A stretch of 63,933 bases of DNA, counting the filler, from Choristocarpus tenellus KU-1152 (Eukaryota; Protista; Phaeophyceae): the NCBI GenBank assembly GCA_964200185.2. It is 11 parts of 11 records of this genome, joined end to end, with 100 filler letters (N's around TTAATTAATTAA, not from the genome) between each part and the next. Parts side by side here need not be neighbours in the genome. Positions count along the whole stretch, not along the records: positions 8,319 to 21,252 come from CAXNAD020001650.1; positions 21,353 to 25,545 come from CAXNAD020015759.1; positions 25,646 to 28,480 come from CAXNAD020024331.1; 8 more parts are not named here. One strand, given 5' to 3'. The position numbers and the translations under genes are program-made. The notes under the pieces are model-generated. The model made no database searches. It worked only from the letters and a program-made list of their open reading frames with translations, and had not been told where the DNA came from. Shown here piece after piece: positions 11,396 through 25,685 of the stretch (position 1 is its first letter; each line of letters starts with the position of its first letter).

Positions 11396-14147
11396 AGGCT
11401 CATATTCTTTTTTTATTAAGATATGATCGCTCTTTTAACGTTGCAACAATCCCTATACTATACGAAGACTTCTCTTTAACAAAAGAGGTCGCTGCTATAC
11501 ATCCCCCTCAGAATAACAAAAAAAAAATGAAAATAATATTAATATTAATATTAATCGACAACGACATGATGACCTCTGCTGGTCCGTCCGATATCATTGA
11601 TGCACGGATGCGTTATAATTTGATGAAGAGCTCTGGCGCAATCAAAGTCAATATTTTTATATTCTCCTATCTCTACTGTCGTTTGATTATTTGTTTTATT
11701 TTGTGCGCGTAGCTTCTTTTTCTTTCAAAAATAAATAAATTATCAGTTCAAATCTTGTCGCATACTGATCAGCATGTCGAGTTGACTGATTTTAAAAGAA
11801 AAAAGCTCGTGTTCCACAAGCTTTTTAAACTTTCTATTATCGTTTCTAGTACTCGATGCGTTTTTCATCCAGTGCGCATTGTCCATCGCTTTCTAAGGAC
11901 TTTCGCCTTTTCTACCACAGGTCTGGGACTCCTCCGGCAGTGTAAAAAAATAAAATGAACAGCAGTATTGACAAAAAATATATATATTTTTCTATTTCCT
12001 AATATCTCCAGTAAAAAAAAAGAAATGTCCCAGACGAGGCAAAGGAAAAAAAAAACTTGTCACATTAGTGGTACGATAAATTCACACACAATTATGTAGG
12101 TCTATCAATAGTGCACAATTTTGGCACATTTATGGCAAAGCCATGAGGTGTACCCTTTCTTGACTCAAGAAAGCCTGCTGGTAAGCCCTAGCCCTGTCTG
12201 TTCCCACTGCTTCCATATATCGCAGTAGTTGTATACAACTAGGTAATAATATAAAAAAAATATACCAACATGTTTAAAAATAGGATCCGGGTCAGGGATA
12301 GGGTTGGGGCAACTTGTTGGGCGCATTGATAGGAAGAAAAATATATACTGTATGGCAATGCATTGTACTGTGGATCGTGGCTGTCTCGTGATTTTGTATA
12401 GACATGGCAGGCAGTATTCCAACATATTACCCAGCACATAGGGTATTCCATACATACACGTTAGCGTTATTACTAACCAACAAGGCCCCCCCTGCCTTGC
12501 CCTCGTCTGGCTGTAAAAGTCAACACATTCCACCTCTTATACTTGATGTGTTCTTCATCAGTTGCATTACAATAAAAATAAGAGCGAAAAGGAGGGGGAA
12601 AAAAAATATTCCGATTTTTTTGAAACAGACAACAGTTTCAGTTTTATTCATCCTCCTAAATCCCCGGGGATAAAAGAAAAGAAAAGAAAAAAGTATCTCA
12701 ATGCTTACGTGCTCACGTGATCATTGAGAGACAAAGATTGACAGGTACTGAAGAGCATCGCTGTCCAAACACATCAACAGCAATAAAAAACAAACGTGGC
12801 AGGCCACCATGTATCATCACACTTGAAAAAAAGGGAATGGGGGGGGGGGGAATGAATGGATCTCACGCACATAGGAGATGGAAAATCCATACCCAACAAG
12901 GAAACCGAATTCGCTCTCTGACAACCCGATTGCTTCAGATATGCTGACGAAGTCTTTCTGCTGGGGGAGGGGGGTGCAAGGAGTCACAGGGAAGTGTGAC
13001 GGTTAGTTTCATGCGTGGCAATCATCAGCAAGCAGGTGACAATTAAAAGTAATAAAAATGTTTGGATCGCTTCCCCTCGTTCCGTATGTTTCATGTTTTT
13101 TCTCCTGCCATGCCCTCATGCCCTCTAAGTGTAGACCTACACATGCTGCACTATGAAAAATCTTCCTCAGACAGAGAGAGAGAGAGAGGTCCGGGTGTGG
13201 GCATTGGATGTAGGTTCCGGCTCTCACCATCGTTGGGAAGGTGAAAGGACATGATTGATTAGTGTACTAGTCAGATTCAGTTCCATCCGTTGAGAATTTA
13301 AACTGATGGGGAAAAAAAGTAGATTCTGGGGGAGAGGGGGAGGGGGGAGAGGGGTTTTCCGCGGACACACAGAACTAAGTCATCATTTTCGTACTCTGTA
13401 TGTAAGTGCGTTCCTTCTCTCTACTGCAGTGACATCTCATGAACCGTTCTGGGTCACAATCTAAGTGGCACTGGAATTGAAAAGAGGCGCAATAAAATAA
13501 CCGTGGCGAATCATCCATCCTTGCCCCTTCTCAGTCAACCAATCCCCTCCGCCGTGTGTTCTTCAGCCTGCTGAGCAAGACATCAACAAGCAATAGTCCG
13601 TCTCAGAGTCCAAAGGAGATCATGCCTCTGGCGACGGAGAAAAGAGCCCTGAAAAAAAAAAGAGTTCAAACTCCAAATCTCTCTCCTCAAAAAGGCCCTC
13701 ATTCCAGACAGGGGGGCCTCTTGCCTTGTGCACTGGCAGTTGAACGATCAAAATCATCAAAAATATGTATGCACCAAGCCGATATAACCTTCCCCTCCAA
13801 GGTTCTCTTGGATCACAACACCTAGAAGCAAAAAAAATATATAAACACCACACCGCATAATCAACGAAAGGTTCAGCGATCTCGTCAAAAATAAATAACC
13901 CTAACCCTAACACAATAACCCACATCCCTTCTTCGCTGCCATGTACATATAAATATAAATATATATGTACAGTATTTGTGTGAAACAGAGATACCAAAAA
14001 CCTGAATGCCAAGCAATCTCACATAAAAGCAAAACAGAATAAATAAGCCCCTCACATCACCCATTTTACTACTTGCCTTCAAGCAGATAAGCAGGGTTTC
14101 TCTGGGTTTCTCTGCCCTGATCTTTTCTTGCACTGGTTTCACTATTT

Positions 14148-14151
<4 letters not shown>

Positions 14152-14210
<59 letters not shown>
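14152..14210. repeat. (GT)n microsatellite
   Basis: About 29 uninterrupted GT units. Confidence 0.97.
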
Positions 14211-14212
<2 letters not shown>

Positions 14213-16369
14213 AAAAAATGTTATTTTTACTGCACATGGGGTCTGTACACACCCAGCGCAAAAATGAATAATGCATTGGCTCTATCTATATGACAAACAA
14301 TGTAAAGCAGTGTGTGCATGAAAAACACGGGGTGGGGTAACTCCAATACAAAGTGTACTAAAGAGAGATCAATCAAATAATTGGTACAAGTCTCTCCATC
14401 CTCCTGGACACAGTCAAACAATTTCATTTGATTTCGCTCAGGCATCACCAACTGGGGTCAGTAAGGGTTGGGAGGAATTGCCAGTAGGTTGGCCACCTTG
14501 CCTGGTTATGACGACCAGCTCTTGACAGCTGGATACTTGGTAGTTCTCTGTTGTCTGTTCCTTGTTTCAATTTTGGAGCAGTATTGGACAAGACGGAAAA
14601 TTGCGTAATAGGTCTTACAGTAGTCCAAGTAGGACTTTTTTTCAATTCAAAGTTTGAAGCCATCTAACACCCCAGGTGAAAACACAAATAAATTCAAATG
14701 GCCTCAGTTCACCGTAGTCAATTCACCTCAAAAATTGGATTGACCAAACCTGTTCTTTTTTGTATATATATATATATATATATGTATGTACATACCCCTC
14801 TATCTTTAATAAGTCTGTATGGTTATGGTTTTCTGTTAATAACGTTTTCAAAAGTGAGATTCACAAAATAGAAATACTATCATGCAAAAGTCAATACCTT
14901 CCACTTGCACATACTCCAGTAGATATCTTCAACATAAATATTTCTTTAGGAAGTGGTTAACCGGTCATAGCATCTTAGCGAGACCTAACCTCCAATGAAC
15001 ACAAGGCTAGTTGCATTGGATTCCTTGGTAACTTTTGCATTGAATTAATTACTCCCTCATTCTCCCCCTCAATCCACCAAGTTGTGGCCGTGTTGTAGAC
15101 CTCTTTGCTAATGGGGATCAAGTGATCCAGAACACCCTCAGGAGTGAACGAGAGTGACGAGTAATTAATGTGATGTACAAAACGCCTCAAGGAATACAAC
15201 ACAATCAACCGCGTGTTCATTGGAGGATAGGTCTCATTGAGATGTTATGGTCGATTAACCATCGTTTCCACCCACTTTTGGTCGATTTTGCTGTTTTTGA
15301 TAGATCTTCCATTTCCAAATAAAAAACATTTGTGTTCAGGGGGCTCTTTCTCAACCATTTCGAAATGAACAAATATTATGAAGATATCTATGCGCAAGCT
15401 GAAGTTCTTGGCTGTCAAACCATATTTTTTGCAATTTCTGAATCTTATGTTTGAAAAATGTTATTCACAAAAAACCTTAACCATGCAGACTTATGGAATA
15501 GAGGAGTATGTACATATACATATATATATATATATATATTCACAAGCATGATCATGCATGATCATGCGCCCCACCTATCCAAAGGATTCTTGAAGACAAC
15601 CCCCCCCCTGAGACATCAAGCTTTGCCACATACAACAATGATTGCATAAGCCGCGATTAGGAAGGAGGGTTTTCGGAATGCTCCACAAGACTGAGGTACT
15701 TCTGTAGTGATGTTGACCTGACGTCTGCTCATTTACTACTAACACCAAAACAATGAGAACCAACATCGCGCCATTCAGAACTTACTACAGTAGGTATGGT
15801 AGGACATCACATGTGATACCTCTGGGTAGAGACATCACCTTGTTCGGGGTCATAGTGATGTTTTACTCAGAGACATTCTAACATTTTGAACCATAACTCC
15901 TTCATAATTGAAGATAGTACAATTGAAGGGAATGGACACAAGCCATTGGTGCAAAAGGCTACCCTCATCTTGAGATCACAATTCGTCACTATATTTTCTT
16001 TGCACCATTGCCTATCTCCTCTTATTATTCCTTCAAACAGGAACCACCCCAGCATATCACATCACCTAAGTACTTGCATGTAAATGCAAGTCCCCAAAGG
16101 TTTCAATACCTTGTCGCATGATTCTAACCAACCTAAATACCTACTGCCTACCTACCCCTGGTTCAGTAGAGTAAACAACCATGAAGTGGGCAGGCTGGTA
16201 TACCACGCCCTGGGCCAACCAAGGCCTCTCTAAGACAGAAGATGTCCACAAATGTCATTAAGCTCTGTTTAAAACTCGGTATGAAGCAAAGTGGTACACC
16301 CCAAGGACTGCCCCCTTCTCCGCACCCTCTAGCAAGCCCATCACCTAGGCCACCAGGCGCCAGTGGACA

Positions 16370-17450
16370 CACACCGCTCTCGGACTGTTCCCTTGAAGCC
16401 TTCTTGTGCACTCTCTTCAAGTCACAGTCACTGTCACCCAGCAAGTTCAACATGTGCAAAGTAGGACTTGTGTACAGGCATTCATCTCTTGTGTGTGAGT
16501 ATATGTTTGACTTTAGCCCATGAAATGTCACCAGTGAGAAAGTAAATTTGGATTGATAGGTTATTGACTGGACGTTGTGTATTAGGTGGTTGAGGAGGTG
16601 ATGGCCTCCTTAACTTCCTCACAGTTGATATCTGGGCGTATGATTGTATGGCCACACGTGTATGGCAAGGCATCATTCATGCCAAGTGAAATTGATACAC
16701 TCTTCATATTTTCCGGTGTGGGTTCCTCCAGTTTGTTGCTCAAAACCAAGTTGGATCTTACAAAGAGTGCATTGGTTCTACTTGGCATGAATGACGCCAT
16801 ACCATATAGTAGTTCGTGTTTGACTAAACGATCATGCACCCAGATATCAACTACGAGGAAGTTAAGGAGGTCATCACCTCCTCAACCACCTAATGTACAA
16901 CACCCAATCAATAACCAATCAATCCGAACTTACTATCTCATTGGTGACATTTCATGGGCTAAAGTCAAACATATACTCACACATAAGAGATGAATGCCTA
17001 TACACAAGTCCTATTTTGCACACTACAGTCTTCCACTACTACGTGAAGATGCCCTACCAGACCCCCATATGCCTCTGCATCATATTCTTGGTACACCTTG
17101 ACGTTTTTCGAAAAGGTTTGTGATACTATTTGAGAGAAACCAGCCTGCACTGGTCTACCGTGAGCAAAACAATCTCAAGTCCAGGGTGTTAACATCTGGC
17201 GATTCGGGAATATGGTTTTACCCTCCCAGAGGTACGGTAAACCTTCACACAGTATGAAATCAAGCCAAAACACTTCTCATCCAGACAGACTCAGTCAAGC
17301 ATGGGCCAAAAGGCATGCCCTCATCTATTTTGCACATTGCCACTCATGGTGAAGGCCACTAGGCCACTATTGACATTGTCTTGGGCAGAGACGGGAAGGT
17401 TTGATGACTCTCTTCCGTAGAATTTGACCCCCATCTCCAAAATATAATAC
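16370..17450 (-). mobile_element. Decayed mariner-like (DD39D/plant-mariner type) transposase relic, copy 2, interrupted by a foldback element
   Basis: Frameshifted translation MGVKF..KRVIKPS...AFWPMLD*VCLDEKCFGLISYCVKV...IVLLTVDQCRL / KNVKVYQEYDAE, then after the insert LNLLGDSD.DLKRVHKK. It is colinear with copy 1 at 32200-33130 and with the IKPxL, VHxDEKWF and C-terminal motifs of DD39D transposases. Confidence 0.7.
16453..17022. mobile_element. Foldback / long inverted-repeat element (arms about 16453-16705 and 16762-17022, about 55-bp spacer)
   Basis: The left arm TGTGCAAAGTAGGACTTGTGTACAGGCATTCATCTC... is the reverse complement of the right arm ...GAGATGAATGCCTATACACAAGTCCTATTTTGCACA over about 250 bp, with mostly transition differences. 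It splits the mariner relic. Confidence 0.9.
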
Positions 17451-20400
17451 TGAACACTATGGTCTTTTTCAAATCGTTGAAAACAGAAGTGAAGAAGGCA
17501 TTGAAAAATTCTTTACTAAGAACAATCAAAGTATACATACGCTAATGCTTGTCAATGGGCAGAAAATGAACGTTCAAGAGAGTCAACAGCACATGTACCA
17601 TGCATTCACACACAAAACTCCTAGATAAAAACGATTACCGATACCAACCTTTCCAAACCTTCTATGGCGTTTGTACGAAGCATTTTTATTTTCCAAGGAC
17701 AGAATCCCGCAAGTAGACTTCGTAGAAGCAAGAGTTTTATCTATACATGTCCAGGTCTATGCTTACATACTCATGTGAGATGCAGTACAACAAAATTGAA
17801 CCACGGTTGTTAGGATAAGACAAACAGAAACCTATAACTGTAGCGGAAGAAGTAACTGGGACACTTTGTTCAAGCTCTAGAAACAGTATCCAGTTTCACA
17901 ACAGCATGGCTGCTGAAAGAGAGTACTGGAAGGATGCGTAGAGGTAAATCAACAGGACCCTGGGTGAGCTGCTCACTTGCTCAACAACTCAATAGGTAAG
18001 AATTAAAAATACAGAGGAAAGAAAGGTGAATCCACCTTGGGCCTCAATTCACTCGACAATACGCACTCTTGAAAATAAATACAACGTACGAATACACTAG
18101 GAAAGCAAATCAAATATTTCTAAATCACACAAGAGACTGTGTTTGTGTGCCAATAGGCAATTGCAGTCTAGGTGCCCACTTTAAGGACACGCGCCAACTC
18201 TAGTGCAACCCTAGAAAGGCCACTGTTCCCGGCCTGGGTGTAATGAGAAAAAGGAACCATGCACATGTATGTAAGTAATTAACACGTCGTATCTCTTAGT
18301 TCCTCGGTAGCTGTGACTTGCATTTAAGCCTATAATCTCATGGTTACACACTGCTCGGTCTGCTGAACCCAGCAAGGGTGTTTCTTTGTTGACAATCTTT
18401 CACGGCATTCCATAACATTAGTCCAACCATGTCTCTTGAAGACAATGACACCACTGTGGAATTGCTAGCGCACAGAGGAGACGGTCATGCTGTGTCCTTG
18501 GTTGATGCTCTGAAATCCATTGGTGGTTTGTGCACAGAGCATGCCAGTCCACAGTCCGCCCTCCGTTGATGTTGTGGTATCACACCCTGCTTGATGCTAC
18601 TAAAAGCCTCCCTTCATCAGGAAATAATACCACTTCTACCTTCCCCCCTGCTATCCCGTGCATGAACTACTGCAGACCTTCCAAAACCACAATGAGGTAA
18701 CACATGCCTCTCACACCCACAGGGCACAGATGGTTGAGTAGAGACTATATAATCGCACTGCCCTGGATCTGAGTAGACTCTCCCGCTTCCACATTGCAGT
18801 ATCGTATCCACCTCTCTACTGACATTAGCCATGTGCCTTCCTCAGGCAATGCTGGCTATGGTGAAAGTGAAGAGGCTATACAACTTGGCAGCTAAGGTGC
18901 TAGGGACAAAGTGGAATTGTGCTGGGGGGGCTGCGCCTACTATGTAGGAAATAGTTGACCTAAGTAAACCTGTGCAATAGTAGAGTCTATAGATAACTTT
19001 AACATTCAAAGAGACTAAAGGGGAATTCTCATCTACGGAGGAGTCCAAGGCCACGGTCCTCCCAGACGCCGGACTACATGAAAACAAATTATACTATTCT
19101 AGGCCAACCATCCGCCTAGTATGTTTGGTAGGATGGTGGAACTACAAGGAAAAGGGAAGTGCCAGTGTCGACGATAGTTACATGTATCCAGAACTTCAGC
19201 TCTAGCGATAGGTACTACTATATTGCAGCACTGCAGCATTTTGGCGTGGACACATGGGCATGACCAAGGGCCAGAATCGTACATAAATGAATTCCAAAGG
19301 CGGCAACGACGATACACAGTATTTCTAACCGTTTAAGCAGGTAGCGTAACTAGACGTTCCTAACGAATGGCCGCTGAACATACTTTAGGCTATGCAAAGG
19401 GAAGCGGAAAAGGGCACCCATACACTATGCATATTGGAGGGCTTGATGTCATCAGCGCTGGTTAACCCGTATCTTGGTGGTTTACACATTAACTCTGTCT
19501 TCCAATTGAGACGAGATGGGGGGATAACTTATCCCTCACAATGTTCACCAGTGCTCACCTTGTTGTCATCATCGTATTCGCTATCCGACACAGCGTAAAG
19601 ATAAATGAGGAGGTTGTGGCACCACTGCTCGCTCGCTGTAGAGGAGGGTTTGTTAAGAGGGATAGAGGAATAAGACAAACAAGTGGTTCACTTGTACTTC
19701 CCTCTATTGAACGAGACAAGTATGCATGGTGAACCTGGTACCCCAATGTGTGTCGCAATTGTCCAAGCCTTTTATTTTTGTGTGGCATGTCATGAGGACG
19801 ACGTGGCCATACACAAGTTCTAGACCCTCTCTCCTCCCAGACCATTTTGCTCAAAGTGGAAACTAAAAAGGGATGATCTCTGCGTCGACAAGAGTGAAGT
19901 AGTAAAACCAAAGCCAGAAATGCTCACCGTGCAGACCAAGGAGAATAATGAGAACAATATTCCGGGAAGATGTAGTGTGCCCAACCTCATCATGATTGCG
20001 TCGCATACCTCTGAGAGTTCAATAGTTGATTAACATGAAGGGGTATATGCACCAAATTCTTTCTGGGGCGTTTATGAGAGGTTAAGCACTTCTTGAATCT
20101 TAAATACTTGAAAATAACATGATGGAATAGAACCATAAGACCTTAGTTTTTGTTAGTATTTGCGATAATGATATTTATCGGCGATAAGAAAATGTGTTAC
20201 GAGAATCAGTTTACCCAAAATGAAATGGAATTCACTATCAAGAAGAAAAAGTGCAATATACAAGAAACGCCACCTGAAGGTGATGGCAAATTCAAACCAT
20301 CTTCAAAAAAGGGGTAGTGGGTCTGTTGTGACGAAAGAATAGTCTGCCGTATAGCCCGTGTTAGCCTCCCTCAATTTCGACCCTTCCCTGGACATTCCTC

Positions 20401-21352
20401 AGTGGATTGAGCGATGGAGTTATGTCTTTGTCCGAATGGTGTCAACTTATATCGCTCGCCCTTTCTGTGGCTAAACCAAGTGGGGATCGAAGCATAATAG
20501 GCTGAGAGGAACGGATGTGAGTGGTCGAACAGGTTTTGATGCATTGCTTTTTGGAATGAACGAGGTCCACATTTCGCAGTAACCGAAGCAGGTTGTTTGT
20601 TTACGGTAGCACAGATAGAGGGTGAGGAATTCTGGGTTAAAACAGGTTGAAGCATCGTTGCCAGTACACTGTTGATAACCTCTTCTTGGTGTGGCAGTGA
20701 AGTTTGGCTTGATACCTCATCGTGCATGGCCGTCCTGTTCTGGGGAGGTAGTCCTAGTTCCTTCCTGACGATCGGGGTCTCGGCTAAGCTAGCGAAAGGA
20801 TGTGACATGCCAGCAAACATAACGCACATCTCCGTGGTACCCAAACCATTTTAAGTCTTCTTCTACATTGCAGCTTTTTTTGTTAGCATTTTGGTTGGCT
20901 AAAACAAATGTGAATTGGTCGCTTCCACTATAAAATAATCAAACCTTTGAGTGTTGCCCCGAGGGTCTTACCGAGGCAATAATCATTTTCACTATTGTTT
21001 TGGTCTAGAAATGGGAAATTTGATCAAATTTGAAAATGAAAAACACTAACGCCAGAAATCAGAGTGATAGTTTATGAAGTAAACTGAGTTTTGTGGGCGG
21101 GAGAATTCTGGTTGGCTGGGGGCACAGGACAAGAATGTAGGGATAGAAAAGAAAGAAAGAAGAAGAGAGTGAATAGTTAAGGAAGGAATGAGAGAGTTAA
21201 TGAAATTGAGTGGTAGGCAGAAACAGAGGATAGCAGTCAGGAGATTAAGGGGNNNNNNNNNNNNNNNNNNNNNNNNNNNNNNNNNNNNNNNNNNNNTTAA
21301 TTAATTAANNNNNNNNNNNNNNNNNNNNNNNNNNNNNNNNNNNNNNNNNNNN

Positions 21353-21378
21353 CCCTCCCCCCCCAGATACTTTGACCC
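21353..21378. mobile_element. Terminal inverted repeat of GGG-terminated MITE family B at a contig start
   Basis: CCCCCCAGATACTTTGACCC. Confidence 0.75.
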
Positions 21379-22986
21379 TGTGTTCTTTGATTTCATGCAG
21401 TAAGCGACAGATCTTCTAAGAGAGTTTTTTACAGTGTGTGCCTAGTGTTTAATAGAGCGTAGTTTCTACTACACTGGCAGGCCGAAGGATACGGTAAGGG
21501 CGTTGACCAATGAGAAGACGGGGATTTGTGGTTTGTGCAAACCGACTCCTCGTGGTCTGTGATGGTTGTTGACCAATCAGATCTTATTTTAAGACCTTTT
21601 ACCCAATTGGTGTTCGTCAATAAACATAAAAATACCTTCACCGCGTAGTTAGGTGACACACATCAAGTGAGGAATGTTAGACTTTCTCACCACTCTACTG
21701 TGCTGGTCCTCTTGGGGTGTTTCTCCTATTCTCCTCTGTCACCCAATCTGTAATCTTAAGCCACCCCTCCCATTTTTGAAATGCTTGTATGCTCATCCTG
21801 ACGGTTGATGGGTTGTGTTCAGGATTCATCACGGAGGGGTGAGGATGTGTCACAAGCTGGGAGCTACATGTCACAGGTTTGGTTAGGTTAAGGGTTGGGT
21901 TGTGCTTGATAGGTTTGGTTTGAGGCAAGTATTGAGAGTAACAATGTGTATGGTACCACATTTTGCTCTGAGGGTTTTGTTTACCTGCGAGGCATGTTTA
22001 TTGGAGGGGTGACTTTGTCGTTCTTTTGAGAGGAAAGGGTGTGAAAGATTATTTTCTAGTTTTGTTTATTGGGAGTTTGAATATGTTCAGTGTGGTGTTG
22101 AGGTCATGGAGATAGAGCCAGTTTTTCTTATGCTTCCTTCCGGTTGCCTTAATTAAGCTAGAGTGTGATTTTTTTGTCAAGGTGTATGTAACACATTCAT
22201 TTTGTACTGGGAAAGGGGAGAGTTGAGATTAGGGGAGGAGGGAGGGCTGTGAATTGATATCAGGAGATAGCTGTTGCTCAAGGTTGTGTCATGCTTTGGT
22301 TGAGATGGTAGAATTGATCTCCTCAAGTGCTCCAGCCTAAAATACACAGTGATGTTGTGTGCTAATTGAGAGAGTTGTATCTATATAAGAATTAGTAGTG
22401 AGGATATTAGTGCTTTTTATTAGCTGTGTAAGTGATCGGTATTCTGATAGTATGATAGTAATAACAGTAAGGCTTCTCAAGTGTTAGAAACCTGCTATGA
22501 TTTTACTTTAATGCAACAACAAAAAAGATATTTGTTGCTCTGTGGTTTGCCTATGATCTGATTTGGGAGGTGATGAAGCTTGTGGTGCATGTGTGGGCTT
22601 GCTCTTATCTTCAATTTGAATTTGAATTTGAATTTCAATGATAGGGGCACGGTTTGTTGGAATGTACCGCTGAATGGACTCAGATGGAAACTGTTTGTTA
22701 TGGTAGAAGTAGAGACTCAATGGATCCCCCCTTCCTCCCTATGTCCTTGGTTGTGGTTGTGTACATGGTGTGCTCTGTGGTGGGGGGATAATCGCTCTGG
22801 GTGCTAGGTGCTGGCCACGGGGAAGAATGGGAAGCGGAGCTTGACACCTGTTCGAAGGTGTGATGATAGTGATGGTGTAGGTTGAGGTGTAGGTTGAGGT
22901 GTAAGATGCTGGAGGGGGAGAGGTTGAGAATGATGTTTTCTGTTTATTGTATGCTTTTTTGGTTGGTACACTGCCTGGTGTGTAGG

Positions 22987-23220
22987 GTGTACTTGTTAGT
23001 GTTGTACTTGATAGCGTTGTGTACTTGATAACGTTGTGTACTTGTTAGTGTTGTGTACTTGTTAGTGTTGTGTACTTGGTAGTATTGTGTACTTGGTAGT
23101 ATTGTGTACTTGTTAGTGTTGTGTACTTGTTAGTGTTGTGTACTTGGTAGTATTGGGTACTTGTTAGTGTTGTGTACTTGGTAGTATTGGGTACTTGGTG
23201 CCGTTGTGTAATTGGTAGTG
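22987..23220. repeat. 17-bp minisatellite, about 14 units
   Basis: Unit GTGTACTTG(T/G)TAGT(G/A)TT in tandem. Confidence 0.95.
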
Positions 23221-25368
23221 TGCTGAAGCGCTGGTCCATGTTTGTACATTGCCTTGACAGTAATAGTCCTAGTGGCTTGAGTCTCTTGTGGTACTGGGTG
23301 CTTTGATTGGGCTGGTGTATAATGGCATGTACTCAGTGTCCTAGTAGAAAATTTAGTATTTCTGTGTGAACCTTAACGCATCCCTTGTTACTACAGAGGG
23401 CTCAGACATCTCGTGTGAAGTCAACCTAAAACTCACTCCTTGTAGAAAGAGATGAACCATTTGACAACAATATATGGGATTTTAGTGCTCTTGTTTCTTA
23501 GTTAGTGGAGGCTCCCCTTCTCGTTCCTCCCCTGGCAACATTCCCAGCACTAGTGTTCTGGTTTTCTAATTCTGAGAAATTTCTTTTATTGCAAATTGTG
23601 TTTGTTGTGGCATCCGCTTGTGCTTTCGTTTATAGGGTTTGGTTTAGTGTTAGGGTTTTAGATTATGTGTGTAAAAACTATCATTTTTGAACTTACATAT
23701 GCATTGTTTTCATGAAGGTTCTTTGAACTGTACATTTACTCTTCTGGTTTGATTTGGCTGTTGTCTTCTATTGGTTTTGTATTGATTCGAAGGCGGTGAA
23801 GGGTCGGTTGCAGGTGTGTACCCTCCGGTTGTGTCCTTGTTAACCCTAACCCTATGTTGCACCAATAGATAAGAATTATAAATTGGTGGAGGTATTGAAG
23901 TACTAGTGGTTGCATGTGAGTATTTCTCTTGTTTTTTTTTCGTGTATGATAATTTTTTATTGTTTCTTGGGTTGGTGGGTGTAAGTTTTCATAGATTAAG
24001 CAATAACTATTGGTTAGAGTTTGAGTACATTATCTTTTTTTACTTTGTGATGGATGGAGTTGGAGTCTACCCTCCCTGCACGCTCAATTGAGGTTTCCTA
24101 CTTAATAGGAGAGCGGTATATATTTGTAACTTGGTTCAATCTCTTATGTAGGATAGTTGTTAGTCTTTTTAGATATATGTATGTGTACAGTGGACACTGA
24201 AATTGTAGGTCGTTCTGTTCTTGTCAAGTTTGAAGGTGCTTACCAAGCTGACAACAAAAATGTTTCGAATATAATGTTTTTTATGTGTGGAAGAGAAGAG
24301 AAGATAGTCAGGGGTATGTGGCTGGAGTGTTGTTGTCCACTACTTGAGGAAGTATCCCTTTGACAGTATGGTATCATTGGTCACGTGTATAGTCAGCCCG
24401 TGTGCCCTGCAGAAGCATTTATACAGCGAAGGGTTGATCCTCTCATGAAGATGACCAATCAGACTTTACTATCTCCATGACAGCACTGGACAATGCTTTG
24501 TGACGGAGTCCCAGATGAGAGAGCAATCTTATTATTTTATTGCTTGTTTCAGTGTTGTCCTGTATGCCTTCCTCTTGCTGAGATAAGACAATGTCGTAAC
24601 AGCTGTTGAGTTGGGCGGCACTATAAGGGGGTTGTTGTTGACTACCAGTCTTTGAAAATACCCAAGTTGTGTTGATAAATTTGGAGTTGGTGAAGAGGCT
24701 TACTTGATGTTGTGATGTTTACAACTAGTAGGGTTGGTAATCTGACATCTGACACATCTGTGTACACACTGTCAATGGCTTCTTGCATGACTGTACTGTA
24801 CTGCTGATTAAAATCTTGATTCGCTTTGTACTGCTGTCAATGTTGCCCTCTTGACAACCAGGGGGGTGTTTTGTTTGTGAGAGTGAGTCACAGGAAATGA
24901 GAGTTACCTGGAGTTGAAGTTGAATTTGAAGGGTGCCTGCCCAGCAAGCATGTGGAAAATACTTGGCTTCTTTTTGTTGTTGTTGTTGTTGTTGCATTTT
25001 TTTTTTATTGCGTGTAGAATATTTATTTATTTATTTACAATTAACGTTTTTGAAACAGTAGAGAAATGAAACCTCTCAAGTTGAACTCAGCACTCATCCA
25101 AAAAAATTCAAGTATAAAAAATATTTGACACGGTGAAAAGAAAAAATTGGCCTGAAATGCAATTCGGGGAAAAACTGGGGTACCTCTTGTTTTGTTTTAG
25201 TCAGTGCTAGGCGGAGGGGAAAAGAAACAGATGAAAATGAGAAGAGATTGCTTTTGTGCTTGTAGGTATGTGCTGTATATATGTTGCTCTCTGAATAAGG
25301 GCTATTTCTAGTGTGTATGTACTCTGAAGGGAATGTGTTTGGAACTGGGAGTGAGAATGGGAACAAAG

Positions 25369-25545
25369 GGGTCAAAGTATCTGGGGGGGGGGGGGGGGGG
25401 GGGGGGGGGGTGTGGCGTCCCTTTTTTACCCTTTTTTTGATTTTCACCTTTTTTGTGTGATTTGGTCACACGTTTTTGATTTTAAATTTCAACAAAAAAA
25501 AGAGTTGTTTGACCGAAACGGACGCCACCTCACAAACCACCCCCC
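25369..25545. mobile_element. MITE family B copy, truncated by the linker
   Basis: Begins GGGTCAAAGTATCTGGGG and ends GACCGAAACGGACGCCACCTCACAAACCACCCCC, matching 43363-43425 and the reverse complement of 36553-36606. Confidence 0.8.
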
Positions 25546-25645
25546 NNNNNNNNNNNNNNNNNNNNNNNNNNNNNNNNNNNNNNNNNNNNTTAATTAATTA
25601 ANNNNNNNNNNNNNNNNNNNNNNNNNNNNNNNNNNNNNNNNNNNN

Positions 25646-25685
25646 CAAATGGACAGCCGCCACCCCCTCCCAGATACTTTGACCC
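25646..25685. mobile_element. MITE family B terminus at a contig start
   Basis: CAAATGGACAGCCGCCACCCCCTCCCAGATACTTTGACCC. Confidence 0.8.

Noticed and set aside
23045-23239. Thr/Tyr-rich repetitive protein ORF
   Set aside because: It is a by-product of a 17-bp minisatellite whose period is not a multiple of three.
24250-24700. Copia integrase-like hint (GIF...TTPYSAAQLN) on the minus strand
   Set aside because: A single weak motif with many stops and no supporting domains or LTRs.
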